Assembly: GCA_951406725.2 (NCBI GenBank)
Contig: OX597820.1
Location: 43,648,001 to 43,712,000 of the forward strand
Direction of reading: 5' to 3'
Source: Octopus vulgaris
Taxonomy: Eukaryota
Length of the DNA: 64,000 nucleotides
Shown here: positions 13,425 to 27,580 of the stretch, piece by piece
Position numbering within the stretch: the stretch's first letter is position 1
Layout: each line of letters starts with the position of its first letter
Position numbers and translations under genes: made by a program
Notes under the pieces: generated by a model
The model's input: only the letters and a program-made list of their open reading frames with translations
What the model was told of the DNA's origin: nothing
Database searches by the model: none

Positions 13425-13775
13425 CTCCTTTTGTTCTGTCCTTGTTTCTCTCCTTGCTTTTTTTCTGTGTCCCACTCTGTAGAAGAGCGTAGGCTCGAAA
13501 CGTAAAATAATTTTTCTATTCCCGGGCGTTATATTAATACATCTGTTTGTTTTGTACACCACCTGTATTCGTCTTTTGTTTTTTTCGCAAACTCTCCCTA
13601 TATATATATATATCAGCCGAAATTGCGAGGATGATCCGGTTCTTGACTGAAGATAAAAGCCTTCGAACGACCAGCTTTTTTTTTTTGTATCGTCTATCTG
13701 GATGTTTTGTTGTCCCCTTTTGTATCACCTTTTTGTCCGGATGCTTTCCGTTCTTGTCCCATTTTGTATTTTATA
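13425..13775 (+). mobile_element. Two Penelope-type terminal fragments with degenerate hammerhead-like motifs, separated by (TA)n
   Basis: ctgtagaa-gagc-gtag-gctc-gaaa-cgta (13477-13504) and ctgaaga-taaaagccttc-gaa (~13647-13667), each followed by a T-rich tail ending in a TA tract. Confidence 0.5.
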
Positions 13776-13787
13776 TTATATATATAT

Positions 13788-13935
13788 ACGACTGGCTTCT
13801 TTGAGTTTTCCGTCGGGCGGATACACTCACAAGGCTTTGGTCAGCACAAGACAATAGTAGAAGACACGCAGTGGGACTGAACCCGGAACCATGTGGGTAG
13901 TAAGTAAGCTACTTACACCCACCCACTCCTGCGCC

Positions 13936-13936
<1 letters not shown>
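13788..13936 (-). mobile_element. SINE family A (tRNA head, CORE-like), internally deleted 5' half
   Basis: gcagtgggactgaacccggaaccatgtgg...ccactcctgcgcct matches the head of 54923-55325. Confidence 0.85.
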
Positions 13937-13997
<61 letters not shown>

Positions 13998-14085
13998 CAT
14001 ACATACATACATACATACATACATACATACATACATACATACATACATACATACATACATACATACATACATACATGCATGCATG
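13937..14085. repeat. (TA)n(CATA)n microsatellite
   Basis: Direct reading. Confidence 0.98.
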
Positions 14086-14949
14086 CAAATCATGTTACTG
14101 TATTGAAATCTCATTAAAAGGAAAAATTATGTACGTTTCTTGCAAAGATTCAGTTCATATACAAACAAAAAAAATAATAATAATAATAAGAGAAAAGGTA
14201 GCAGAAATGTTCAGACCATATTTGCAGTAGTGAAACGGAAATAGCAGTGGGCATTCGAATTTCTAACTTAGCAGTGAGCTCTGGAACGTAATCATTTGTC
14301 TATCATACGCAAAAACAAAACCGTGACAGGAAATATAATTCGTCGAAATTGTGACAAATATCTACCAGTAATTATTGAGGTAGATGTGATCAATTAGGCC
14401 GTTAAAGCAAAATTCGTTGCAACTGGGTATAAGGTAAAACATCGATAAAATGACTGAGCAAAGTACTTTGGCAGCATTATCTGTAAAACATCGGAGAAAA
14501 TACAGTGTCGTGTTTTAATTATGTCGTTTTAAGTTCACAGTTCAAATCTGGTGAGATCAATTTGCTTTCCGTTATTTATCGGGGTCGGAACATTAAGTAC
14601 CAGTCAAGTAATGAGGCAAGATTTCATTGAAGGAAATTTTCATACAAATCGTTGCTTTGTGCTTGTATGAGCGGTGTGGGGAGGGTTGGGGGGTGGTCAA
14701 TGTTATTTTAAAATCTGAATAGCCATTGGCGATGTATGAGAGATCAACGAAAGTGTTTTAATGTATCTAATTTGTATCCTATTCGATTTGATCATTCAGC
14801 ACTTCAGACCAGATGAAATAAATATGAATAATGAACTGAGGTGCAACCAGTCAACTGTAGTCTTTTTACAGAAAAACTGACTTCAGTAAAACATCAACGG
14901 TAACACAAGCATCAAACGAAGCAGGAGACGTGATGTGAGCACTGTGGTC

Positions 14950-15133
14950 TTCTCTCTTTCTCTGTCTCTCTCTCTCTCTCTCTCTCGTCACTCTCTCTCT
15001 CATTCTCTCTCTCTCTCTACTCATCTCTCTCTCTCTTCATCTCTCTTTTTCTATCTACTTTTATCTTCATCCACCAACCTGTCTCCGTCTCTCTCACTTT
15101 TTATCTTTCTGTCTGTCTGTCTGTCTATCTATA

Positions 15134-15176
<43 letters not shown>

Positions 15177-15552
15177 TCATCTATCAATCTATCTATCAAT
15201 TTATCTGTCAATCTGTGACCCTCTCACAATCTCCTCTTTCTCTCCCCTCTCTCTCTATCTCCCTCTCTCTCTCCCCTCTATCTATCTATCTCTCTCCCTC
15301 TCTCTCTCTCTCTCTTCTGCCGCTAGAGAAACGTTAGATTTCACTTATGCAGCCAATTAGCGCTCTGTGAAAGAAAACGAGATTGTTACAATTTACACTG
15401 GGTATGCATAAGTGTGTATGTTTGTGCATGTGTGTACAAAATAAAGCATTATTATCATTATTATTATTATTATTATCAATATAATAATGATAATAATAAT
15501 AATAATAATAATTATTATTATTATTATTATTATTATTATAATAATAATAATA

Positions 15553-15599
<47 letters not shown>

Positions 15600-15675
15600 T
15601 ATTAATCTTATTGTTATTGGTGTTGCTGCTTTTGCTGTTGCTGTTGTTGTTCTTGTTCTTGTTGTTGTTATTGTT
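14950..15675. repeat. (CT)n/(CTAT)n tract followed by alternating (ATT)n/(AAT)n tracts
   Basis: Direct reading. Confidence 0.97.
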
Positions 15676-15934
15676 CGAAACACACACATCACAACCATCA
15701 TAACGGTCGCTATGGTTATAATTTACGTGATTTCCTCAGTGCAGAGAGGGCAAGGCTATTGGTAACTTTTACCGCCCCTAAGGCTGGAGAAGGTAAATCA
15801 GAAAGATTTCCTGAGAGCGAAGACCTGGACTGAACCAAACGATGATTTGTAGGGAGTAAAATCGAAATGGTTAACGCTTAAACTTAGCGAACCTAAATAT
15901 ACACACACATGTGTATTTCACTATATGTATATGT

Positions 15935-16275
15935 AGGCATGAGTTCAGTCTCGCTTCGTAGCACCTTGGGCAGGTATCTTCTATTATAAGCGCGCACCGA
16001 CCAAAGCCTTGTTAGTGAATTAGGTTGATGGAAACTGAAAGAATCCCGTCCTATGTATATATATTAGTGTGTGTGTTTGTCTTCCCCACCATCGCTTGAC
16101 AACCGATGCTGGTGTGGTTACGTCCCTGTGACTTAGCGGTTCGGCAAAGGAGAACCGATAGAATAACTACAAGGCTTACAAAGAATAAGTCCTGGGGTCG
16201 ATTTATTCGACTGAAGGCGGTGCTCCAGCATGGCCGAAGTCAAATGACTGAAACCAGTAAAAGAATAAAAGAAGA
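15935..16275 (+). mobile_element. SINE family A
   Basis: accttgggcag core, ggaaactgaaagaa, and tail ggcggtgctccagcatggccgaagtcaaatgactgaaac. Confidence 0.9.
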
Positions 16276-16294
16276 CTATATATATATATATATC

Positions 16295-16558
16295 ATTGTG
16301 TCTGGTGAGAGTCATTTTGTTTTAATGCATTGCTAATAAGCACACTCACCGGTTCGATTTCCATTCATTTTCTAATTTATTTTTTCTAAAGTTTTCGTTA
16401 CTTCTTGCAATAGTTGCCACTTCAATAGTTGTCGAATCTCAACGACTATTGAAGAGGTTGCAACAAGTAACGAAAATTTTAGAAAGAACAAATAATTAAA
16501 TGAGAGAGTGTTTTAATTAGTAAGGCATTAAAATAGAATGCCTCTCTCCAGACACAAT
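16295..16558. repeat. 264-bp fold-back (palindromic) element
   Basis: attgtgtctggtgagagtcattttgttttaatgc pairs with gcattaaaatagaatgcctctctccagacacaat; pairing continues to a central loop at ~16435-16440. Confidence 0.9.
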
Positions 16559-17044
16559 AAAGTGGCAGTCCTGATTAGGACAATGTTACTAACTTTTTTC
16601 ATCCCCGGGAAAACAATTTAAACGGTACCTACGGACCATGGTTATTTCCCTTCATCGACACAGGATAACTGTTGGGTAGAGATGGCAGCACTAGGCTTTG
16701 CTTGGGGTATATACTTTTAAATTAACACAGACACTGATCTTGTAAAAAGGAAAGCAATTTTAAATCTCTGAGAGAGAAGTAACTAGTAACGGAAAGGAAA
16801 ATAACCGAGAAAACTTGGTCCGTAGGTTCCGTTCAAGGCTGAGTGGGGACATTAGATCCCTTGTTCGAGGTATAAGGACGCAGTTGTGTGTCGGTAGCTG
16901 ACTGGAAAAGGTGTTTTCCTGGGGCTAAAAAAAAGGTAACATCATCCTCATCAAAACTGCCACTTTACGTTGGCAAATAGATTTTACACTGTAGTACTGT
17001 TACTACTTACTTCTCGCTCAGAGATTTAAAACTAATTGTTTTCC

Positions 17045-17075
<31 letters not shown>

Positions 17076-17084
17076 AATCCTATC

Positions 17085-18135
17085 AAATGTTTCAGCCCAA
17101 AAGCTGCGGCCATGCTAGGGCACCACCGTTGAATGAGCTACACTAGTATGTGAAGCCACCTCTGATACGTGGCACTTGATCAACAAGGGAGTTCGACGCC
17201 GCTGCCCGCATTTGTGTTTCCTGCCGAGAGGTAAGGTTCATCTGGAACCCCTGACAAGAAGAGATCCAGTTTAGTTTTAAAGAAACCCACATCCACACCA
17301 TGCTGCTCTCTCAGGCATTCAGGAAGGATATTGAAGAGCTGGGCTCCCCTGATACCCAAGCTGTTGCAGTATATGGTCCTGTATTTTGAAGGTGATGTTG
17401 TGATCTTTGGCACCATGCAGTGGCGCCCCGTTCTGCTGTTGGGGTAACGTTAAATGCCAAAATTCGTGACAAGACCCTCCAGGATTTTCCAGACGTATAT
17501 CACTGCATATCTCTCCCGCCTTCGCTCCAGGGAGAATAGTTTTAATACTTTCCGGCTTTCCCAGTAGCTGATATGTTGCATTCAGACGATCTTCTAAGTG
17601 TAGCTTCGTTGGATTGCTTCGAGTTCTGCTGTTAACTTTATATTGTGTGGTAACCATAGTTGGGAGCAGTAGTCCAAGTGGCTGAGGACGCCTTTCTTCC
17701 AAAGGACCATCAGTATCTCCTTCTCTCTTGTTCTGAAAGTTGGGAAAATCCATCCAGCTAGCCGTTTGCATTTTATTACCAAATTAGTAATATGCACTTG
17801 AAAAGTTGCTTCATTGCTCATGCCAATGCCCAGGTCACGCACTGATTTTGACTCAGGAATTACAATTCTTCCCGGGCCATTGTATCGGTCTGCATGTCGT
17901 TCACCTTTGTGTGCCGGTAGCGCAGTCCTTGGAACTTCCCTGCATTAAACTGCATGTTGTTGTCCTCAGCCCAAATGTATATTGTATCCAACACCCGCTG
18001 CAGATGTGCAATATTTTCAGGGTTTTGTATTGTGTGACAGACTTTTGTGTCATCTGCATAGCTAGCTAGCAAGGGTGGCCATCTTAGCAACTGAGGGCAT
18101 GTCTGAAAGGGCCACTATGAACAGCAGAGGCCCCA
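17085..18135 (-). mobile_element. CR1-like LINE, 5'-truncated 3' kb (RT C-terminus + 3' UTR), frameshifted
   Basis: GPLLFIVALSDMP, SYADDTKV, WAEDNNMQFNAGKF, RDLGI, LDYCSQLWLPH, LEAIQRSYT, GAQLFNILP, FKTKLDLFL. Confidence 0.92.
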
Positions 18136-18136
18136 T

Positions 18137-19170
<1,034 letters not shown>

Positions 19171-20902
19171 ATTATACAGTCGTCTGGCCGAATATTCGTC
19201 TGCCTCTTCCTACCTAATATTTTATATTTTCTGAAATATGTTTCGTACAATTGTTGTTTTCGCTTAGTTTTTCCTTGATGTTGTGACTGTCTTTGAGTTA
19301 TATTCGCTGTTTTGTATGTTTGTTCCTTTGTTTGTTTTTTACTTATTTCTATATCGATGATGGCTCTGCCTACGTTGTTTAATGCCCCGATCTTGTTTTT
19401 TGTTAATTTCTTTTACCGTTCTATTCTAGCTTTATTTATCATAACAATTTCGTAGCAATTGTACATGTAGTTTTTTTTTGTTTAGCTTTTAATCTTTTTC
19501 TGTTGTTGCTGTTGAGGTTTTCTCGCCTTTATATAAATTTTTTTCTTAGTTATTTTATTTATTTAATCATTTATTATTTATTTATTTTTTTTACTGTTAC
19601 CAATTATGTTATTGTACTTAGTCCCACGTTTGTTATCGCTGTTCTTCATACTGTTGTCTTACTTTTATAACTATTGTTTACGGCAATTTTTTTCATTATC
19701 ATTCTATACGGCTATTGTTTTGTTTGTTCGATCTTTCTTCCTATTTGCTTTTTGTTCCAACACTCTAGCTACAATGTTCTCATTTTTTGCCTATTAATGC
19801 CATTGTGTATATTAACGTTGTTGTTGTAGCTGTTACACTCTCTTCATTCTGTTTATTAATTTACTCTAAAGTAATATTTCAATAAGTGTTATTAGTGTAT
19901 TATAGTGTAGATCGTGGAAACGTTAATGTATCGAGCAGTCAGCCGGCATATCAGTGGTTCTCATTCGGAACCTGGTTCTACGAAGTGTATATTGCTGACA
20001 AATTCAGTTCTCGACGATTAAGCACATTTAGCAACGTATAAGTACCATCAGAATCTTTTGATTCTTTAATTCACTGTTTAAGTTCTCACGCAAGAAAAAT
20101 TTTTGCAAGCGTTTCTTGCTGAACAATAAGGAAACTGCGGATAAATTATGTTCCTAAAATATTTTTGTCATATTTATCTTTTCAAAGCGGGAACCTGAAC
20201 GTGGTTACTTCCCCTTTTGACATGATCCAGAGGCAAGCCAGGGCAAGACGTCCTGCGGGAAATATTAGCAAAATTTCCCGTCTTCCTTTCTTTCTCACTC
20301 TCTCTCGCAGTCTATGACTTTCTCTCTCTCTTTTCCTCTCTCTCTCTCTCTTTCTGTCTATTATTTTATGGGACAGAGACATTGACTTAATGTATTTCTG
20401 GAAGTATACTATCTGAAAATCAGATTAGACATTTATCAGCAGAGGGCTTTTGATACTATATCAGTTCGACCGAGATTCTAACTGATTACAAACAACAAAA
20501 CCAAAGTTAAGGCTTAAAATTATTAAAGAAAAATAAGAAATGGTAGCAATTTATCGAAACATTTAATTCAATTTCTTTATATGTTGCTGTTTTAAGGTAT
20601 TGATGCACTCGACATAAAATATCATTTAACTTGATTTTCAAACCACTGGGTTTACGCTTTTTGTTCTTGAGTGTATGTAACTGAGATACATTGGAACATT
20701 GCGTATTTATTTTCTGGTCCAGGGCGATTTTGCAGCTGCAAAAGACATCTTTCTATTTTGGGTATATCTATATATTTTGATACATCCCTTGAGTAAACTA
20801 TACATTCATTCATATTGAACGCATTTCATTGTTTATTTCAATCTTCATGATGCTTCATCGATTCTTTAGAAATTTTAAATATGTGGACATTGGAAAATGC
20901 AT

Positions 20903-20961
<59 letters not shown>

Positions 20962-21052
20962 GTGTGTCTGTGTGTGTGTATACTACTGTATATATGATGG
21001 CCATTTGCTCGTGACCGAGTAAGGCCATCACTGGCATCTGTCACTGAAGAAA

Positions 21053-21450
21053 TCTTTATATATAAAAGTCAAGTTGTGTATCTGTCTCCTATGATTTAGA
21101 TTCCTAACTACTCCCACATTTTGCAGTGCAGTGTAATCAAAAGCGAGTATCTTATAATCGTGATTCATATCGAGCCCTTCTGGGTATTAGCACGCGTCTA
21201 CGATGAGTCTACGATTTTAAAAATAATTTACCATAATTTTTTTACATCTTAATGCACTTCTTTCGCTATTATATAAGGGAAGTAACTCTCTAAAAATGTC
21301 TACGATGAGTCAACGATTTAAGAAAAAATTTACCATAATTTTTTTTCCATTTTTAATGCATTTTTTGCTATTTTTTGGCTATAACTCTCTAAAAATGCTT
21401 ATATAGTTATTTCCCTTACAAATCCGAGCAACGCCGGGCGATACTGCTAG
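21053..21450 (+). mobile_element. Non-autonomous Helitron
   Basis: 5' a|TCtttatatataaaa; 3' hairpin-like ccgagcaacgccggg followed by CTAG|t; inserted between A and T; internal ~120-bp duplication (gtctacgatgagtc...taactctctaaaaatg). Confidence 0.85.
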
Positions 21451-22439
21451 TATATTTATAAAAAAAACACGTGACTGGTTGTCCGATGGCATTATTCGGA
21501 ACGCTGCCTTTTCTGTTTTCACAAATATAATCTATGAGGAGAATAAATTCTTTGAGAGAATAACTGCAGAGTACAGAGAACGTCCTTCCATTTGGATTCT
21601 ACCGGATGTTTATGCAAATGCCCAACTAAATGTGGGATACTTAGCCAGTTACATTTTCTTTTATTTAGGACGTCGAGCATTCAGATGATCGCTCAGTTAA
21701 CATGTGTTTTGTATGAGAATCCCACAAATATGTCGAAGCTTTATGTAATTTTAGGCTTAAAATACATAACAGAATAGGCTGCTTTAGGTGTAACTTGAGT
21801 TACAATGTCAATCCTTCAAACTGGATTTTCATGCGATTTTGACCTACACAAATTGATACTGTCGAGGATTGGAAGGAATCGAAACCATGCTAAAATTTAC
21901 TTGCTGAAGATGTTGACTCGTAGTTTCATGATTGCGAGATAAACTTCTATTTCACTCAACAACTCTGGTATCTTCTTATACTGGCATTCAAAATATAGGT
22001 AGTTAAGTAAGCATTTTCATTCGTTTGAATTTTAATATTCGTTTCTGTGTCAATGAATAGATACGGTATACTTTAATGAGATGCTACAGGTCCAGTGCAG
22101 TTGTTATTCTTCTTTATATTCACATAAGATAATAATCTGTATTCCATAGCTAAGCTCATAATGCCTGATTTATATCCATATAGGAATAGGATCCCAGGAG
22201 AGTAAGGTAGGAAAAATTACATCAATTGCACCTTTAGAAGCTGAAGCGTCGTATATTTTCTGTTAGTGTTAATGTGTATGTGTTGTGTGTGTGTGTGTGT
22301 ATGTATGTGTGTATGTGTGTGTGTAATCCTAAATGTATTGCTGTATGGATGCGAGTTGTGGACTCTATCGTAAGTATCTTAAGCTACAGTTTCATCAGAG
22401 CTGCATCCGACGCATCCGACGCATTTAATTACACAATGC

Positions 22440-23030
22440 TACCAAAGTGTCTCATGTATGAAGGTTTTTGAGTAAGCCCAAATACCAAGCATGGATTTAC
22501 TATTCACTAATGGCAGAGGCTCAGCTAAGATGGGCTGGACACCTCGTGTGCATGCAGGACAAAAGGCCCCTAAACAGCTCTTCTACAGTGAATTGACAGA
22601 GGGCCATCGATCAAGAGGACGGCCGAGGCTTCGCTATAGAGCAGAGGTCGACGTAAATGGAGGAAAAAGGAAATTCTTGATGGTAATCAGGACTCATTAG
22701 TCATAAGTAAAATAAATAAAAAACGTATTCCTTGCTATCTATGATTTTCTTCCTTTCGAATCAAGGGGTAACGTTGGCTTAAATAAATATATTTTAGGGC
22801 AATTAGTTAAAAAAGTTCCCCGACCTCTGTTATAGAGACACCATGGAAAAAAACCTTCCAGAAAATTGACGAAGAACAATGGGAAATTATGGTCACGAAC
22901 AGGTCTGAATCGAGGCAAGCAAATCGCAAGAGATCGAATGGCTACGAAAGTGAAAATGAGTCAGCCAAGTGGAATAGAGTGCGGCACTAAAGGCTAGAAC
23001 AAACAAAGGAGAGCATTTCATCGTGTGTCC
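22440..23030 (+). mobile_element. RTE-clade LINE 3' fragment interrupted by a MITE
   Basis: AQLRWAGHLVCM, PKQLFYSELTEGHRSRGRPRLRYR; after removing the insert it continues DTMEKNL..IDEEQWEIMVTNRS. Confidence 0.85.
22642..22829. mobile_element. hAT-type MITE (188 bp)
   Basis: TIR cagaggtcg / cgacctctg; 8-bp TSD ctatagag (22634-22641) / ttatagag (22830-22837); excision restores the RTE frame. Confidence 0.88.
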
Positions 23031-23089
23031 AGTATCCGGCCATAGATTCGACAGAAACTGAAAGAAGATCCTCGCATATATTTAAATAT

Positions 23090-23154
23090 GTATATATATA
23101 TATATAATTATTTGAGGGAACCTATATATATATATATATAATTATTTGAGGGAA

Positions 23155-23231
<77 letters not shown>

Positions 23232-23417
23232 TTATTTATCTATATATATGCATATATATATTATATTATATTATATATACTGTATGTATGTATATGAGGA
23301 GCTTCTACATGTATGTATGCAAAGATAGGGGTAGACACGCAGACAGAGAGAGAGACAGACAGACAGACAGACTAACAGACAGACAGATAGATAGAGAGAT
23401 AGATTGATAGATAGATT

Positions 23418-23450
<33 letters not shown>

Positions 23451-23600
23451 GTAGGTAGGTAGGTAGGTAGGTAGGTAGGTAGGTAGGTAGGTAGATAGAT
23501 AGATAGATACATACATACATAGAAATATATACATGCGCCTGTACGTGCGTATGTGTGTGTGTGTGTATGTGAATGTGTATGTGAGTGTGCTGTGTGTGTA
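23090..23600. repeat. Compound (TA)n/(GACA)n/(GATA)n/(GGTA)n/(GT)n microsatellites
   Basis: Direct reading. Confidence 0.95.
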
Positions 23601-24596
23601 TTCGTATATTTACAGAAACTGAGCGAGTGAGGGTTAAATATCTTCGATAACAACTCATATTTACTAGCAACTATGAATACAAGCAACTATCAACATACAC
23701 CTATACATCAACACATATAGCCACATCCGTACACACTCAGACATTATACAACGTGTGTGTGTGTGAGTGAGTGTCAGTGTGTGCATGTGGGTATGTGGGT
23801 ATGCGACGATGAGAATAAATATACTGTAACGTTACATATACATGTGTATGTCTGTGTGTGTGTGTGTGTATGCCTTGTCCTTGTTCATATATCTATGAAT
23901 TTCATATCAATTTCACGACATTATGAAGATGCATTGTAATACAGGAAAAATATACGAAAAACAACAGCGTTTATAAAATCAATAGAGCGCTGATAGATAA
24001 TATAAAGCTACAGGGAATCGAGAGTAAATTTGGCGAAAGCGCGCTCAGTCTTAGCGTATTATAGTCTAGATATATTCTTTTATAATCCTTTCACATCTGA
24101 GGAAGAGGTTTTGTGTCGAGAATATAATATATCGATAGATGTTATTGTTGCTTTTGTTGTTTCTATAATTTTTTATTCACTCATAGCTTTTGTTGCGTTT
24201 TTTCCTTGTTTTTTTGTTCATGTTTTTAGTTTTTACCTAATTTAGGTCGTACGTTCCCCATTTCATGCTCAATGATTTTAATACAATATCAACTCTCCGT
24301 TAAATGGTGATTTATCGAAATACTATATCAAATATATAAGCTTCCCTCGGTGTGTACTTGTCATTCTCTGACTGATAGTGAAAGTATGGATACGCTGTAT
24401 CGTACGTTGTCTTTTCATATGTATGCGATGTGTTAGATCTTGTGTGTATTCACAGTTCTGTAATTCATTCTTTGCTTCCTTCTGTATTATCTTTGCAGTG
24501 TGTCTGTCACACTCAAGCACGAACGGATATGTCCGTATACAAGCGTATATGTATGTGTGTGCGTGTGTGTGTTTGTATATACATATATATATGTAC

Positions 24597-24667
<71 letters not shown>

Positions 24668-26203
24668 AACACACACATGCCCAGACATCGATTTCAGTGA
24701 CTGTGCTTAGTATATCGCACCTGTGCTAGCAGAAAAAATATAATCAAGATCATAAGGATGAAAGGTAAAGCAGTATTGGACACCATCTGAAACATAACAA
24801 AATATCACAAATCATTATACATGCGTATGTATATACATACATGCACACACACACACACACGCACATTCACACACACATACACGCATACACACATACACAC
24901 CTCTACATATACAGAGTGAAAGAAGCATGGAGACATACATACATACATACATACATACATACATACATACATACATACATGCATACATACATACATACGT
25001 GTGTGTATGGATGGATGGATGGATGGATGGATGGATGGGTGGGTGGATGGTTGGATGGATGGATGGTCTATTGGTACAATCATGACCACCGGAATTTGAA
25101 TTTTAGGGCCTTTTGGAATTATACGTCAGATTCAATATTTCAGTTGTTTAAGTGTCTTTTTACAAATGCGTGGCGTATGCTTGTCAATTTTTGCATTGTA
25201 CTTCCACATTAATCTTTCCACATTTGTGAAGCGATTCGATAATTTGGAAGGATGATGTCCAATAATTTTTGGCTGTATACATTTGTTTCATGTGTGGTGT
25301 AGTGGACGTTATATTTCATATGTTACTAAAAATAACACATGTAAAAATAGATATTCACACTTCAATAAACACATACTTATAACAAAATGGAAACAAAGTC
25401 GATATCATTAGAAAAAATCCGAAAATTTCAATATTTAAGAGTGATAAAAGTAATATTTTCAGATCATGAATAAAAATGAATATATTGCAAAATTTTAAAA
25501 TTTACTTAACAACGAAAACAAATTATAATGATTCGGAAAGATATCACCGACGCATACTTTCTCAAATAAATAGAGGAAAACATCTTTCTGTACTGTAAAA
25601 GAAATTAACGATGTTAGTAATGTCTTCAGACTAGACATAGCAAGTTTGATTACCAATGTTTTAGTTGCAGGAAAATGGAATCCATTTTATAGGACTATTG
25701 AAATATCCATTGATATATATATATATAGACATTACAACATCTGGTATTCTGTTGATGTGATTAATATCTGTACAACAGGATTATTTTGTCGATGTCTACA
25801 AGGTTAACTTTTATTATATAAACAAATGACAGGTCACTAGTGTATACTTAGAGTCTCCCCCGATCGAGCCGCTACTTCTTCCTTTGAGGTATCACAGCTC
25901 AATAACTATAGATATGTGATTAGAATTTCGCAGTAAACAATCGCAAGGTGGATTATACGAATTAAACCAACCGTCGGAAAACTACAAGCACACCAAGAAC
26001 GAGATGGCTGAGTAATATCCAAAGTGACAGTTGGTCACGCTTTGTAATCCAGCCGGTATGATGGAAAGACTAATGATGGTTGTTTCTGATAAGATCTTTA
26101 TATACATATATATATATATATTTATTTATTTATCTATATATTTATATATATATATGTGTGGGGGGTTGTATTTATATATATGTATATAAATATATATATA
26201 TAT

Positions 26204-26246
<43 letters not shown>

Positions 26247-26262
26247 GATATATAGATATGTG

Positions 26263-26299
<37 letters not shown>

Positions 26300-26319
26300 T
26301 AAATGAAAGATGAAAGATG

Positions 26320-26760
26320 GACGATATGCAACCATATCGCCAGCTTCCAGAGAAGCAATAAGAGACATTCAGCATCTTTGGATGATTTAGTGTGGGGACT
26401 GAAGGAATATAAAATTAAGTATAACATAACTTGGTCCATAAGTCCCGCAAAACCATAAGATATCATTTCTAGGAGATGCCAACTCTGCTCCAATAAATTC
26501 CTGTCTACTCTGCGGACCAATGAGAAGATCATTAATATAATTTCTGAAAGACTCTCAAGATGCCTGCATGCATATAAATGTACTTTCTCACAATGCAGTG
26601 GGAATGGATTTGGGTAACTGTTAACAAAATGTACTTTGAAGTATGGGTGAATTAAATTTAACATTAACATCCTCGTTCTTATAAACACAAAGTAGCTATT
26701 TATCTCGCTCTGTGAACATATTTGCTCCAAAACACACGTGAGGTCTACATTAATTCAACC
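26320..26760 (+). mobile_element. Penelope-like element 3' end (GIY-YIG C-terminal half + tail)
   Basis: CNHIASFQRSNKRHSASLDDLVWGLKEYKIKYNITWSISPAKP*DIISRRCQLCSNK...INIISERLSRCLHAYKCTF; the tail motif gtctacattaattcaacc also occurs at ~28818-28835. Confidence 0.82.
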
Positions 26761-27240
26761 TCATCTTTGTTTATACTTGTGTGAGCGAATGTACATACGT
26801 CATGCTGCGTACGCGAGGGGTTTTTGACAGCCATATCCCTTAACGGTTATTTTAAATACTTTTCTAGCTGTATTGCGTGTTCGTTTCTTTTTTTGCATTT
26901 GTTCTTATATTATTGATCTTTTACATAAATGAAGATATATCCTTTAGTTTGCTGCTTTTCTTTACACGAAATGAGAAGGTATATTGCAGAGCTGTTTATT
27001 TTAACATGTTATATATATTTATCACAAGAAGAAACACATCTGCAGCGATGGGTTCTCTTGCACAAGTTGTTAAGTTTACCACCCCTAAGAGATCGATTGT
27101 AGATGGGTTGAAGCAATTGTAGTGATTAATAAAAATTTACATATCATCCATCTTCCGTCATTCATTTACCATTTACATAATGAATACTTTGAAAGTGACC
27201 GTACATTACCAGTTAGCTACAGGGTATAGACCATTAACTT

Positions 27241-27320
<80 letters not shown>

Positions 27321-27382
27321 ATATTCTAATATATATATATATATCCATCTATATATCTTCCCATTTATATATATATATATAT

Positions 27383-27580
27383 CTTTTTACTCTTTTACTT
27401 GTTTGAGTCATTTTGACTGTGGCCGTGCGGGAGGACCGCCTTTAGTCGAGCAAATCGACCTCAGGGCTTATTCTTTGTAAGCTTAGTACTCATTCTATCG
27501 GTCACTTTTGCCGAACCGGTATGTTACGGGGACGTAAACACACCAGCATCGCAGCATCGGTTGCCAAGCGATGTTGGACA
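27383..27580 (-). mobile_element. SINE family A, 3' half
   Basis: ctttttactcttttacttgtttgagtcatt...ggggacgtaaacacaccagcatc. Confidence 0.88.

Noticed and set aside
15327-15401. Plus-strand exon-like island (75 nt, open frame) and a similar one near 15739
   Set aside because: The acceptor's pyrimidine tract is just a (CT)n microsatellite and the peptide is unrecognisable, so chance is likely.
21479-21688. ORF with faint MADF-like motif (EYRERPSIW)
   Set aside because: Too short and weak to support without a profile search.
26134-26730. 198-aa minus-strand ORF
   Set aside because: Antisense shadow of the Penelope endonuclease relic plus a microsatellite.
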